Assembly: GCA_965249555.1 (NCBI GenBank)
Contig: OZ252243.1
Coordinates: forward strand, 800,001 to 864,000
Direction: 5' to 3'
DNA: 64,000 nucleotides
Source: Nitrosopumilus sp.
GTDB lineage: Archaea; Thermoproteota; Nitrososphaeria; Nitrososphaerales; Nitrosopumilaceae
Part shown: positions 42,006 to 51,548 of the stretch, one piece after another
Layout: every line of letters starts with the position of its first letter
Numbering within the stretch: position 1 is the first letter of the stretch
Translations under genes and position numbers: made by a program
The notes under the pieces: model-generated
Seen by the model: the letters and a program-made list of their open reading frames with translations, nothing else
Databases searched by the model: none
What the model was told of the DNA's origin: nothing

Positions 42006-42626
42006 CTAGTTTTGTGCTTTTGCTTCAATTTCATTGTACTTTTCAAGAATTGCTGTCAGTACAGTTGAAACTGGAACATCGTTCATCTTTTTCTTTTCGA
42101 CAAGGATCTTTTGGTATGCATCCAGTGTGATGTATACAGGAATTGAACCATTTCCTTCAAGTAAGCCTCTGACGTTGTAAAGAGCAGTCTCCATGCCTTT
42201 CTCAGCAGATTTTGCAAACTTTGCTTTATCCAAAATTGCCCCTAGTGGACCAAATGGCATCACATAATCTACTGACATTGTTATTCTAGTGAGATTATCA
42301 CCTAATGCTTTGAATTCATTGGTAATTTGCCATCTTTTAAAAGGACCTTCAATTTGCTTTGCAGAGATCCTTTCGTTTTTAATAAATTCAGTTGTTTCAC
42401 AATCCCACTCTAGACGTTTACCGCCAAAGTCACCAATAACTCTAAAAGTTGTACCCACGCCCATTCCTTCTTTGATATCCATAGGAACGACTGTCATGCC
42501 TACTACATCAGTTTTAATCTGGTCAGAGATGTGTTCAGGTCTTGCAAAATAGGTAAAAACATTCTCTACTGGTGTTTTGATATCAATAGACTTTGTAACT
42601 AAGGTCACGACTAAATTTCTCGTCAT
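42006..42626 (-). CDS. SRPBCC/START-family protein
   Basis: SIDIKTPVENVF and EGPFKRW motifs. Confidence 0.85.
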   Translation of the reverse strand: MTRNLVVTLVTKSIDIKTPVENVFTYFARPEHISDQIKTDVVGMTVVPMDIKEGMGVGTTFRVIGDFGGKRLEWDCETTEFIKNERISAKQIEGPFKRWQITNEFKALGDNLTRITMSVDYVMPFGPLGAILDKAKFAKSAEKGMETALYNVRGLLEGNGSIPVYITLDAYQKILVEKKKMNDVPVSTVLTAILEKYNEIEAKAQN

Positions 42627-42704
42627 TTAGGATTTAAAGGTTTTGAAGATTTTCGTATAGAAATTGATTTACAATATATTTATCCGTTTTCCATGACAAT
42701 CTAA

Positions 42705-43226
42705 ATGTCTAAAAAGCGATCAGTTTTTTTGATCTTTGTTTTACTATCATCTGTCCCAATATTTGATTATGCTTATGCTCATTCAATGTTTAATTCTGCC
42801 GAGAAGTTTGAATCTGGATATAGAGTACAAGTAGCTACAGCACCAGAGTTTCCACAGATTGGAGAACCTTCTCAATTCAGAGTAAAGGTAACTGAAGGGT
42901 TTGGCTATGAGGAAGTAGATAGATTTACAATGGGAGTACGAATTTTCTTTAATGACCAACAAGTAGATACAATACCTGTAACACACATAGAAGGATCTCA
43001 TTGGGATTTTGATTACGTATGGAGAACCCAAGGAAATCATATTGTACTGATTGATTTGTACAATATTGGAGAAAACCAAAGAATTGTAACTTATACATTT
43101 AACATGGGAACACAAAACCCGTTTGGATACATCTTCTTTACTGCAATAACTGTAGGTGCCATGGGTCTAGTAATAGTTGTTGGAATTGTCTACTTGCCAA
43201 AAAAATTTAAAAGATTTAGATTTTAG
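42705..43226 (+). CDS. exported membrane-anchored hypothetical protein
   Basis: Signal peptide with His at the mature N-terminus (AYA-HS) and a C-terminal TM segment. Confidence 0.7.
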   Translation: MSKKRSVFLIFVLLSSVPIFDYAYAHSMFNSAEKFESGYRVQVATAPEFPQIGEPSQFRVKVTEGFGYEEVDRFTMGVRIFFNDQQVDTIPVTHIEGSHWDFDYVWRTQGNHIVLIDLYNIGENQRIVTYTFNMGTQNPFGYIFFTAITVGAMGLVIVVGIVYLPKKFKRFRF

Positions 43227-43659
43227 ACTCTATAGGAATTCTAGAGATTCTAAATGCAAACAAAGTAGTTAACAGCACCATTGCAAATAACAGTATTCCA
43301 ATTCCCAAATGAACTGCAACTAAAACAGCATGTAGTTTCAGATCAATTACCAAAGCACCAAGAGTGATTTGGGTAATGACAAATACAGTTGCAAGCGAGC
43401 TTGTTACCTTGATCTTCAGGTCAGCATTCTTGTTAATTAGACAGGCAACCATAGTTGCAATTACTAATGCTCCAGTCGTTGCTGCAACTAACCTATGAGT
43501 CCATTCAATCAGATATTCCTCAGCAGGCAGCACCCCGCTTGGGCACAGTGGCCACTCAGGGCAAGTCAGGCCAAGTCCAGCTGCCGAGATATATCCCCCA
43601 ATAAACATTAGAGAGTACAAAACAATCATTGTTACTAGTGCAAGATATTGAATTGCCAA
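43216..43659 (-). CDS. heme A synthase (half-size CtaA/COX15 type)
   Basis: GLTCPEWPLC, EWTHR and VAVHL motifs. Confidence 0.88.
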   Translation of the reverse strand: MAIQYLALVTMIVLYSLMFIGGYISAAGLGLTCPEWPLCPSGVLPAEEYLIEWTHRLVAATTGALVIATMVACLINKNADLKIKVTSSLATVFVITQITLGALVIDLKLHAVLVAVHLGIGILLFAMVLLTTLFAFRISRIPIESKI

Positions 43660-43661
43660 AG

Positions 43662-44648
43662 CTATTCTATGATAAAGCTACCTTGCATGCCTTGTAATGC
43701 ATGTCCCGGAACAGTACAGATGTAGTAGTAAGCCCCCGGGGCACCAGCAGTGAAAGTAATACTGTCGCCTTCACCGGGTTTTAATGCATCTGACATTGAA
43801 CCAATTGCAGAGTCCATAATTACACTGTTAAAGTCTTCAGGGTTTGAAACAACCCCGAATGAATGAAATGATTTACCCATGTTAGTTGCAGTAATGGTTA
43901 CCTCATCGCCAGAATTTACACGGATTTCTGGATTGTGACCATCCTCACCAGGTAATGCATTAAATGCCAAAGTCCTAAAGTCATCAGATTCAACAAAGTC
44001 CAAAGTAAATTCATGAGATACGCCTGTTGGAGCCGCTGCAATTCCAGAAGAACCGCCGCCTTGTGCAGGACCTATAATGATTTCCCCAACCATTCCCTGT
44101 TCTCTGTGACCGGGAACTGTACAGATGTAATAGTAAGTTCCCTCCTCACCTGCAATAAATTCAGAAGAACCATCCTCTCCGGGTTTTAATGGATTTGATG
44201 CAGCGCCAATTTCACTACCAGAAATAATTCCTGCAAGTCCTTCATCAGCTTTTGTAACACCAAATGAATGGAATGATATTCCTCCATTATCTACATTAAA
44301 GACAACTGTATCTCCAACATTCATCTGAATCGTTGGATTATTACCATCCTCACTCGGCAATGCATTAAATGCCAAAGTCCTAAAGTCATCAGATTCAATA
44401 AATGTAAGATCTTGTGTGATGGTCTTGCCAGTTGCTGTTGCAGGAGCCGCATGATCTGTTTCTCCGGCCATCATTGCCACAACTGGAGCAGGTTCTGAAA
44501 TCCAATAGTCCCACATTGCAAAGAAAATTATTCCACCAACAATACAAATGCCCAGCATAATGATCATCATCTTTCCAGTTCTTTCTGCAGTTGTTCGGTA
44601 TACCGGATGTGCTGCTTCGCCAATTGGGTGTTCTGTTTCGTTACTCAT
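43662..44648 (-). CDS. membrane-anchored tandem cupredoxin (plastocyanin-like) protein
   Basis: Two HSF...YICTVPGH..QGM type-1 Cu sites. Confidence 0.92.
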   Translation of the reverse strand: MSNETEHPIGEAAHPVYRTTAERTGKMMIIMLGICIVGGIIFFAMWDYWISEPAPVVAMMAGETDHAAPATATGKTITQDLTFIESDDFRTLAFNALPSEDGNNPTIQMNVGDTVVFNVDNGGISFHSFGVTKADEGLAGIISGSEIGAASNPLKPGEDGSSEFIAGEEGTYYYICTVPGHREQGMVGEIIIGPAQGGGSSGIAAAPTGVSHEFTLDFVESDDFRTLAFNALPGEDGHNPEIRVNSGDEVTITATNMGKSFHSFGVVSNPEDFNSVIMDSAIGSMSDALKPGEGDSITFTAGAPGAYYYICTVPGHALQGMQGSFIIE

Positions 44649-44657
44649 TTCTTTCTC

Positions 44658-46196
44658 CTAATGGTGTGGGTTCTTTGCCTCAAATGGATAGTAATACTTG
44701 CCACCAAGACCAAATGGGTCATAAATGTCCGCAAGTCTTCCTTTAGCTGAACTATAAATCATATTTACCAAGAAGATTGCCATGCTAATACCAATAATCA
44801 TTGCACCAACAGATGCAATCTGGTTCATTGCAATCCATTCTGGGATTGGCGGATAATCATAAACTCTCCTTGGCATGCCATACAAACCAAGTACGTGTTG
44901 TGTAAAGAATACCAATATTGTACCTACAAATGACAAGAAGAAGTGTATCTTACCTGCAGTTTCATTGTACATTCTGCCTGTGACATATGGGAACATGTAG
45001 TAAAGATAGCCAATTGAACCAAACGCAATAGTACCCATTACAAAGAGATGAAAGTGACCAACTACCCAGTATGAATCATGTGTTGAAAAGTCTAATGGCA
45101 TTGCGCTGTTAACTACGCCACCTGCACCTGCAGCAAAGAACAGTGCAATTCCTCCAACTGCCCACATCATTGGTGTTGCAAATTTGATTCTGCCATTCCA
45201 CATTGTCGCAATAAAGTTGAACACGTGCATTGCAGATGCTGGAACAGCTGCAAGAGTTCCCACCATAAAGACTGTTTTTTCAGTAAATGACATTCCTGTT
45301 GCAAACATGTGATGTGCCCATGATGAAAAAGCCACAAGAGATAACATTACAAACGCAAAGACTCCAGAGTTGTAGCTGTAGATTGGTTTTCTTGAGAATC
45401 TTGGAATGATTTCATACATCATGCCAATTGCCGGAATTACCAAAACGTATACTTCTGGATGGAATGTAAACCAGAACAAGTGTGAATATGCAATTGGATC
45501 ACCACCCATTGCAGGATTGAAGAATCCACTAACACCTAGTCTGTCAGTTAAAAGCATCAAAAGTGCTGCAGCAAATGTTGGAATTGCAACAATGATAATC
45601 AAGGATGTTGCCAAAAATGACCAAGCTAAAAGCGGAACTTGGCCAATTGACATGTCTGGATGTTTACATTTGAGAATTGTAACTACAAAGTTGACGGCAC
45701 CAAGCACTGATGAAACACCTAAAATCTTTAGTCCAAATATCCACATGTCAGCTGCTGGGCCTGGAGCACTAATGATGGAGTATGGTGGCTGTGCGTACCA
45801 AGTAAAGTCTGCAAAGCCTAACCAGACTAGTGCAGCAGCAGGTGGAATCATCCAAAATGCAATTGCATTGAGTTTTGGATATGCCATATCTTTGTATCTG
45901 ACCATTATTGGAACAAAGTAATTACCAACTGCAGATGCAAAGGGGATGATAAACAAAAAGATCAGTGTCGTGCCATGAACAGTGAAGATTCTGTTAAAGG
46001 TCATCGAGTCTGCAATAATTTGTCCAGCTCCTTCAACATTAGGCAAGAACAGTTCTATTCTGATTGCAAGTGCTAATGAACCACCTAAGAACAGGAATGC
46101 CAGTGAGGAAATAAGATAGAGCAAGCCGATATCAGTGTGATGTGTTGAGAACATTATTTGCCAAATTGGACGTGGCTTTTCTAATTCTAGAACCAT
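44658..46196 (-). CDS. coxA: heme-copper oxidase subunit I
   Basis: TVHG, WFTFHPEVY, WAHHMF and GHFH motifs. Confidence 0.97.
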   Translation of the reverse strand: MVLELEKPRPIWQIMFSTHHTDIGLLYLISSLAFLFLGGSLALAIRIELFLPNVEGAGQIIADSMTFNRIFTVHGTTLIFLFIIPFASAVGNYFVPIMVRYKDMAYPKLNAIAFWMIPPAAALVWLGFADFTWYAQPPYSIISAPGPAADMWIFGLKILGVSSVLGAVNFVVTILKCKHPDMSIGQVPLLAWSFLATSLIIIVAIPTFAAALLMLLTDRLGVSGFFNPAMGGDPIAYSHLFWFTFHPEVYVLVIPAIGMMYEIIPRFSRKPIYSYNSGVFAFVMLSLVAFSSWAHHMFATGMSFTEKTVFMVGTLAAVPASAMHVFNFIATMWNGRIKFATPMMWAVGGIALFFAAGAGGVVNSAMPLDFSTHDSYWVVGHFHLFVMGTIAFGSIGYLYYMFPYVTGRMYNETAGKIHFFLSFVGTILVFFTQHVLGLYGMPRRVYDYPPIPEWIAMNQIASVGAMIIGISMAIFLVNMIYSSAKGRLADIYDPFGLGGKYYYPFEAKNPHH

Positions 46197-46245
46197 TGGT
46201 TAATCTCCTCGCTTGAAACAATAGAAAGTTGTGATAATAATGTTA

Positions 46246-46677
46246 TCAAGTTGATGGTTCCTCCACGTATAGAGTTCCGCGCATGTTATAGTGAATCAAG
46301 CCACAGTATTCTCTGCATTGAATATCATGTTCTCCCACTGCATCTGGAGCAAACCATACAACATTAACTCTTCCTGGAACTGCGTCAAGTAAAACAACAT
46401 AATCATGGATATTAAAAGAGTGAATTACATCCTTTGACATTATCTCAAATTTGTATGCCTTTCCAACTTCAACATGCAGTTCACCAATTTCTTTTGTTCC
46501 ATCTTCATGCTCAAAAGTCCAGAACCACTGTTGTCCGGTTACTTTGATTACTTTGGCATCCGCAGGAACATGTTCCACAAGCCTCTCTGCTTCCCATGCT
46601 TCTGCTCCAACCCACGCCATTAGTGCAATTACAACTGCAACGTAAATCCATTCAGGCCAATTAGAGTGTCCACTCAT
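46246..46677 (-). CDS. coxB: heme-copper oxidase subunit II (CuA domain)
   Basis: DVIHSF and CREYCGLIHYNM motifs. Confidence 0.95.
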   Translation of the reverse strand: MSGHSNWPEWIYVAVVIALMAWVGAEAWEAERLVEHVPADAKVIKVTGQQWFWTFEHEDGTKEIGELHVEVGKAYKFEIMSKDVIHSFNIHDYVVLLDAVPGRVNVVWFAPDAVGEHDIQCREYCGLIHYNMRGTLYVEEPST

Positions 46678-46679
46678 CT

Positions 46680-46940
46680 CTACCAGTCAGTTCCCTCATA
46701 TGCAGTTGGTTTTGCTTTTGGGTGAGATTCTCTGAATCTCCAAACTAACCAAACCATTGTTCCTGCTACTACTGCACCAACTGTAAAGGCAACAGTCATC
46801 ATTCTAAAGAACAAGTTCCAAATAATCACTCTACGATCAAGATATTCTCCAGGCTCGTCACCTGCAGCAAATGCTAAATCTATAGCAGGAATCATTACTA
46901 AAACTGCCAATACTAAGAATAATCCAACAATCCTTTCCAT
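46680..46940 (-). CDS. small membrane protein, likely the N-terminal part of a split subunit II
   Basis: Signal peptide plus TM segment ending WRFRES; coupled to coxB. Confidence 0.7.
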   Translation of the reverse strand: MERIVGLFLVLAVLVMIPAIDLAFAAGDEPGEYLDRRVIIWNLFFRMMTVAFTVGAVVAGTMVWLVWRFRESHPKAKPTAYEGTDW

Positions 46941-46996
46941 TAGCGATTGACTGACGAAACCTATTTTTTCTATTTAAGGGTTTTCAAGATTACTAG

Positions 46997-47620
46997 CTAC
47001 CAACCTTGATCGAAACGTGATGTATCCATTACGTTAAGTCCTGAAAGTGAAAATTTCCTATCCTTTTCTCTAAAGATGGCAAGAGATGCATTGGGCAGAA
47101 TTAATTCGTAAAGATTGATAGAAGATAAATCAATAACAGTTGACAGCATTGCTTTGATTGGGTCCATATGAGTTACAAGTAGTACATTCTCATCAGGATG
47201 TTTTTCAATTATGTGATCAACTATTCCTAGAATTCGTTTTTTGACATCAGAGAAAGTTTCTACTCCATTATGGGCAATTTCAAGATCACCATCATAGAAT
47301 TTCATAAAGACATTACCATGACTGTTAAGAATTTCATCATATGGCATGCCAGTAAATTTTCCCATATCAAGTTCAATTAGACGATCATCAGTTGTAACAT
47401 CAAGTGAATTATATTTTCCAACAATTTCTGCAGTATGTTTTGCTCTTTCGATTGGACTTGAGTATACTGCAGAGACATCCATGTGTTCAAGTAATTGAGC
47501 AGTATGTTCAGCTTGTTTTATTCCAGTATCAGTTAATGGGACACCTTCGGTCCTACCAGCCAAAATTCTCTCAGTATTATTTTTTGCCTGACCATGTCTA
47601 AGGAAAATTATTTGTCCCAA
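46997..47620 (-). CDS. histidine phosphatase (phosphoglycerate mutase family)
   Basis: LRHGQ, SSPIERA and LVTH motifs. Confidence 0.92.
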   Translation of the reverse strand: MGQIIFLRHGQAKNNTERILAGRTEGVPLTDTGIKQAEHTAQLLEHMDVSAVYSSPIERAKHTAEIVGKYNSLDVTTDDRLIELDMGKFTGMPYDEILNSHGNVFMKFYDGDLEIAHNGVETFSDVKKRILGIVDHIIEKHPDENVLLVTHMDPIKAMLSTVIDLSSINLYELILPNASLAIFREKDRKFSLSGLNVMDTSRFDQGW

Positions 47621-47671
47621 TTTGATCGAAATTCAAATAGAGATAATAATAACATTATCAGGTAGATTGTC

Positions 47672-48340
47672 ATGAAAGTAGGAATTATTGGAGGAACCGG
47701 TGGAATGGGCAAAGGTTTTGCTTTAAGATGGTCACAAAACCATGATGTAATTATTGGCTCTAGAGATGCTTCAAGAGCATCTGAATCGGCAGTGGAATAT
47801 ACTAATCTTGCAAAAGAGGCATTTGGAGAGATAAAGGGAACAATTTCGGGAAATGATAATGTTTCAGTTGCAAAAGAGAGTGATGTTTTGATTTTATCAA
47901 TTCCATATGATAATATTGATTCTGCATGTTCTGGAATGTTATCTGAAATCAAAGATAGCTGTGTTGTTGTATCTCCAATTGTTCCAATGACTAAAACAGA
48001 TGTGGGATTTGAATGTGTAGCAATTAAAGAAAACAAACCATTTTCATATCAACTAGTATCAAAGCACATGAAGAACAAATCAAAATTGGTTTCAGCATTC
48101 CATGTAATTTCTGAAAAGAAACTTGTCAATCCAGCATTGGAACTTGATTATGACATCTTTGTATGTGGTGATGGTGAATCAGTTCAGGTGGTAAATGGGC
48201 TGATAAATGAAATCAAAGGGTTAAGGCCAATATACTTGGGACCAGTAGAGTTGTCTTATTTTGCAGAAATGTCAACGCCACTTTTGCTAAATGCAATGAT
48301 AAAAAATAAGATTAAAAATCCCGGCATTAAAATTGTCTAG
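47672..48340 (+). CDS. npdG: F420-dependent NADP oxidoreductase
   Basis: GGTGGMG, IGSRD and VSAFH motifs. Confidence 0.88.
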   Translation: MKVGIIGGTGGMGKGFALRWSQNHDVIIGSRDASRASESAVEYTNLAKEAFGEIKGTISGNDNVSVAKESDVLILSIPYDNIDSACSGMLSEIKDSCVVVSPIVPMTKTDVGFECVAIKENKPFSYQLVSKHMKNKSKLVSAFHVISEKKLVNPALELDYDIFVCGDGESVQVVNGLINEIKGLRPIYLGPVELSYFAEMSTPLLLNAMIKNKIKNPGIKIV

Positions 48341-48360
48341 GTCTGTTTTTTTCATTAATC

Positions 48361-48594
48361 ATGAGTCACGAATACTATAGACGAGGCAGAAATTGGTTTA
48401 CAGCAATTGGAACGCTTTTTTCTGTAATGGCAGGAATTGTTCTGATCAGACAGTTGTTTATTTGGGGACCAGAGTTTGTTGAAGATTTTTTGTTCAATGC
48501 AGAAATTACAAATGAAAAGGTTTCAATGGCAACGCTTGCCTTTGGTATTTTTATGATAGCATTAGGATTTAGAAAACATGAACAGAAGGGATAA
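48361..48594 (+). CDS. small membrane protein
   Basis: 2 TM segments. Confidence 0.65.
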   Translation: MSHEYYRRGRNWFTAIGTLFSVMAGIVLIRQLFIWGPEFVEDFLFNAEITNEKVSMATLAFGIFMIALGFRKHEQKG

Positions 48595-48979
48595 ATTTTT
48601 AAAATCACAAAAAGTATTACGACTTGCAACAATTGATAAAAGCAAAACTCCACATATTGCTCCTGTTTGGTATTTGTTTAGTGGAAAAAAGATCTACATA
48701 GGAACAAACACCAAGACAAAAAAGGCAAAAAATGTAAAAACAAACAAACGAGCCTCATTTTGTGTGGATGTAGGAGTTAATGCCCCAAATATTTACGGAG
48801 TGATGGGGCAAGGAGACGCTAATTTAATTTTAGAGAATAAAAAAGTAAAAACAATTGCAAAAAAAATTCTTTTACGATACTTTAAGACACTAAAAAGCAA
48901 ATCCGCAAAAGAACTACTAGAAGATACTGACTGTATTATAGAAATAATTCCTGAAAAATTTTCAGTGTGGATCTACTGA
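48578..48979 (+). CDS. pyridoxamine 5'-phosphate oxidase-like (F420/FMN-binding) protein
   Basis: LATI...PHIAPVW and KAKN motifs. Confidence 0.85.
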   Translation: MNRRDKFLKSQKVLRLATIDKSKTPHIAPVWYLFSGKKIYIGTNTKTKKAKNVKTNKRASFCVDVGVNAPNIYGVMGQGDANLILENKKVKTIAKKILLRYFKTLKSKSAKELLEDTDCIIEIIPEKFSVWIY

Positions 48980-50148
48980 CTAGCAAATTCTTCGATTTTG
49001 TTCATCGCAGAATCCAGTATTTCAAGACTGGGAAGATAGACTAGTCTGAAATGTCCGCTTCCATACTGTTTGCCAAATCCAGAACCATGAACAGTAAGTA
49101 CGCCCTTTGTTTCTAGCAATTTTGTAACAAATTCTTTATCTGTACTGAATCTATTGTCTTCGATCTTTGGAAATGCATAAAACGAACCTTTTGGATTGGA
49201 ACAAGAGATACCAGGCATTTCATTGAGACGTTTTACAACCAAGTCTCTGCGTTTTTTGATTTCAGTAACAAAGTGACTAATGTAGTCTTGTGGTCCTCTG
49301 AGAGATTCCAAAGCTGCATGCTGTACCGGAAGACTGGTTGCAATCCTAACTCTTGCCAGTTTTGGAAGATGTTCTCTGATTGCTTCAAGTTGTGGTGATT
49401 GATTAAATGCAATATATCCAATTCGCCAACCAGACATGAGATGAACTTTGGAAAAACCATTAAGAATTATTACTGGTGAATCTTTTGCAACTTTGCCGAT
49501 TCCCACAAATTTTTCATCAAAAACAATTTGATCATAAATTTCATCACATATTATGTAGAGATTATTTTGATTTGCAATGTCTACCAATTCTTTTAGTGAG
49601 TTTTCATTAAACACCACACCGGTTGGATTATTGGGGCTAATCAAACAGATAGCAACAGTCTTTGAGGTAATTTTTGATTTAATATCATCAATGTCAGGTG
49701 TAGAGTTATTCATGTCTACTGCAAACTCTACGGGAATACCGCCGTGCAGTCTTACATATGATGCATATGGCGGGTAGTATGGTCCCGGTAAAAGTACCTC
49801 ATCGCCTTCCTCTACAATTGATGAAATTACCATATCAAGTCCTTCAGAAACGCCATTAGTGACTAGAATTTCATCAGACGAGATGGATAGTCCTTTGGCA
49901 TTTTCTTTTTTGGCAATCTCTTCTCTTAATTCCAAGAGACCTTCAGATGCAGAGTAATAGTTTTCTCCTTTGTTAATTGCATCAATCAATGCTTGCTTAA
50001 CATTGTCTGGTGGTTGAAAACCAAACTGTACAGGATCACCGATGTTGAGATAATCAACTTTGATTCCTTTTTGTTCCACTTTTCTTGCAGCAAGAACTAT
50101 ATCCCGAATTGCATATTCAACGCCAGTTACTTTTTTTGATACCTTCAA
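48973..50148 (-). CDS. class I/II PLP aminotransferase (alanine aminotransferase-like)
   Basis: YAIRD, LNIGDP, PNNPTG, DEIY and SK...SGWRIG motifs. The TTG start at 50148 avoids overlap with the tRNA. Confidence 0.92.
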   Translation of the reverse strand: MKVSKKVTGVEYAIRDIVLAARKVEQKGIKVDYLNIGDPVQFGFQPPDNVKQALIDAINKGENYYSASEGLLELREEIAKKENAKGLSISSDEILVTNGVSEGLDMVISSIVEEGDEVLLPGPYYPPYASYVRLHGGIPVEFAVDMNNSTPDIDDIKSKITSKTVAICLISPNNPTGVVFNENSLKELVDIANQNNLYIICDEIYDQIVFDEKFVGIGKVAKDSPVIILNGFSKVHLMSGWRIGYIAFNQSPQLEAIREHLPKLARVRIATSLPVQHAALESLRGPQDYISHFVTEIKKRRDLVVKRLNEMPGISCSNPKGSFYAFPKIEDNRFSTDKEFVTKLLETKGVLTVHGSGFGKQYGSGHFRLVYLPSLEILDSAMNKIEEFASQ

Positions 50149-50192
50149 AGTATCTAGACAGATATTTAGGCCTGTTAAAATCTTACTTCTTT

Positions 50193-50267
50193 GGACTCGT
50201 TGCACAGTCTGGATAGTGCGAGCGGCTTCGAACCGCTAGGTCGAGGGATCGAAGCCCTCCGAGCCCT
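50193..50267 (+). tRNA. tRNA-Arg(TCG)
   Basis: Anticodon arm AGCGG-CTTCGAA-CCGCT, T-arm GAGGG/CCCTC; one A-C mismatch in the acceptor stem. Confidence 0.92.
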
Positions 50268-50309
50268 TTAGATTATCTTATTAGGCAAATAATTTTCCAC
50301 TAGGATGAA

Positions 50310-50801
50310 GTGAAAGTATCACTATTGAAACTGGGATTAGGACTAACAATTATAGGAATTATTTGGATTTCGTTTATTTTTGCAGAGACAGAAAAAATAC
50401 AGGATACAATTTTACTGAAACAATCAAACTCTTTTGAATTAAAATTAGAATTTTCAGGTGCAGATATTGGATTTTACAGAGTCTATATGCCTGAATTTTC
50501 AGGAGAAGAGGTATTTGTCCAAATACTTGACACTAAAGACAATGTAATCCAAGAACAGAAGATTCAAACAAAAATGTCAGTAGGATATTTTGATTTTACT
50601 GAGGATGGCACACATACTGTAAAAGTTACAAATATTTCAAAAAATCAAATCAATTTACAAGTAGAATTGGGTAATACAAATTCTCTACAAATGATTCCAG
50701 CAGGAGTTTTGATACTAGTAGGTTCTTTAATTATGATAGTAATGTCATATCTAAAAATAAAAAATTACAAGATGGCACAGCCTGATGAGAATATCTCATA
50801 G
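50310..50801 (+). CDS. membrane protein
   Basis: N- and C-terminal TM segments. Confidence 0.7.
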   Translation: MKVSLLKLGLGLTIIGIIWISFIFAETEKIQDTILLKQSNSFELKLEFSGADIGFYRVYMPEFSGEEVFVQILDTKDNVIQEQKIQTKMSVGYFDFTEDGTHTVKVTNISKNQINLQVELGNTNSLQMIPAGVLILVGSLIMIVMSYLKIKNYKMAQPDENIS

Positions 50802-51358
50802 ACTGGAATGCATTGGATGGTATGTCCAAATATCAGAACCAAATTAAAGATTAGCCAAGTTGTTAGAAACAAGAATGTTACAATTGAGAATGGAAGAAGT
50901 GCTTTGAGTTTTGTGTGTTCTCTGTTTTTTATAATCAAAACACCTCCTAATGATACAAGAACTAGTCCCAACTCAAGTGGTTGATGAGACCAAGATATCA
51001 ATCCATCAATTCCAAAGAGATCATGAGATAAAGAATCAGCAAAGCCTGAAATTAATTGAATTATAGAACCAACAATAACTAGTATGATTCCAGTCTTAAG
51101 GGATCTGTGAACTGATTTTCCAAATAAAAGAATGCAACCCATGAATGCAGCACAGCTAGTCATAGATACTCCTGTGTACACCATGATATGCTGAATGCTC
51201 CAGAAAAATTCTGGTTCCTTTTGAAGGTGAGATATGGCATCCCAGAGTCCTGCGGAGACTACTACAACAGAACCAGTTACTGCTAAAATTGAAATAAAGA
51301 ATACAAGAGTTGCAGGTTTTGCAAGTGTGGAATTTGTAATTCTTTGAATTAATTTCAT
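50765..51358 (-). CDS. polytopic membrane protein with two DxxxH...H motifs
   Basis: WDAISH...QH and ADSLSH...SH motifs. Confidence 0.7.
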   Translation of the reverse strand: MKLIQRITNSTLAKPATLVFFISILAVTGSVVVVSAGLWDAISHLQKEPEFFWSIQHIMVYTGVSMTSCAAFMGCILLFGKSVHRSLKTGIILVIVGSIIQLISGFADSLSHDLFGIDGLISWSHQPLELGLVLVSLGGVLIIKNREHTKLKALLPFSIVTFLFLTTWLIFNLVLIFGHTIQCIPVYEIFSSGCAIL

Positions 51359-51548
51359 TTTATTTCTACCATATCATTTTAGTAGGAAATATTGAAAGGT
51401 TATCAATTAGGAAAACTCAACTTTGTGGGTAATTTTGTCAATTAACTGAGACTTGAGCATAATGATTTACAAAAATAAAACCAAAACTTTTCTCTAACAA
51501 CAAAGCATTCTTTTCACAATCCTTGGATTCTCACTTCCAATTACACAG

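Noticed and set aside
50765-51358. amoC
   Set aside because: Only the motif spacing is similar; the sequence does not otherwise resemble archaeal AmoC and no amo cluster is present.
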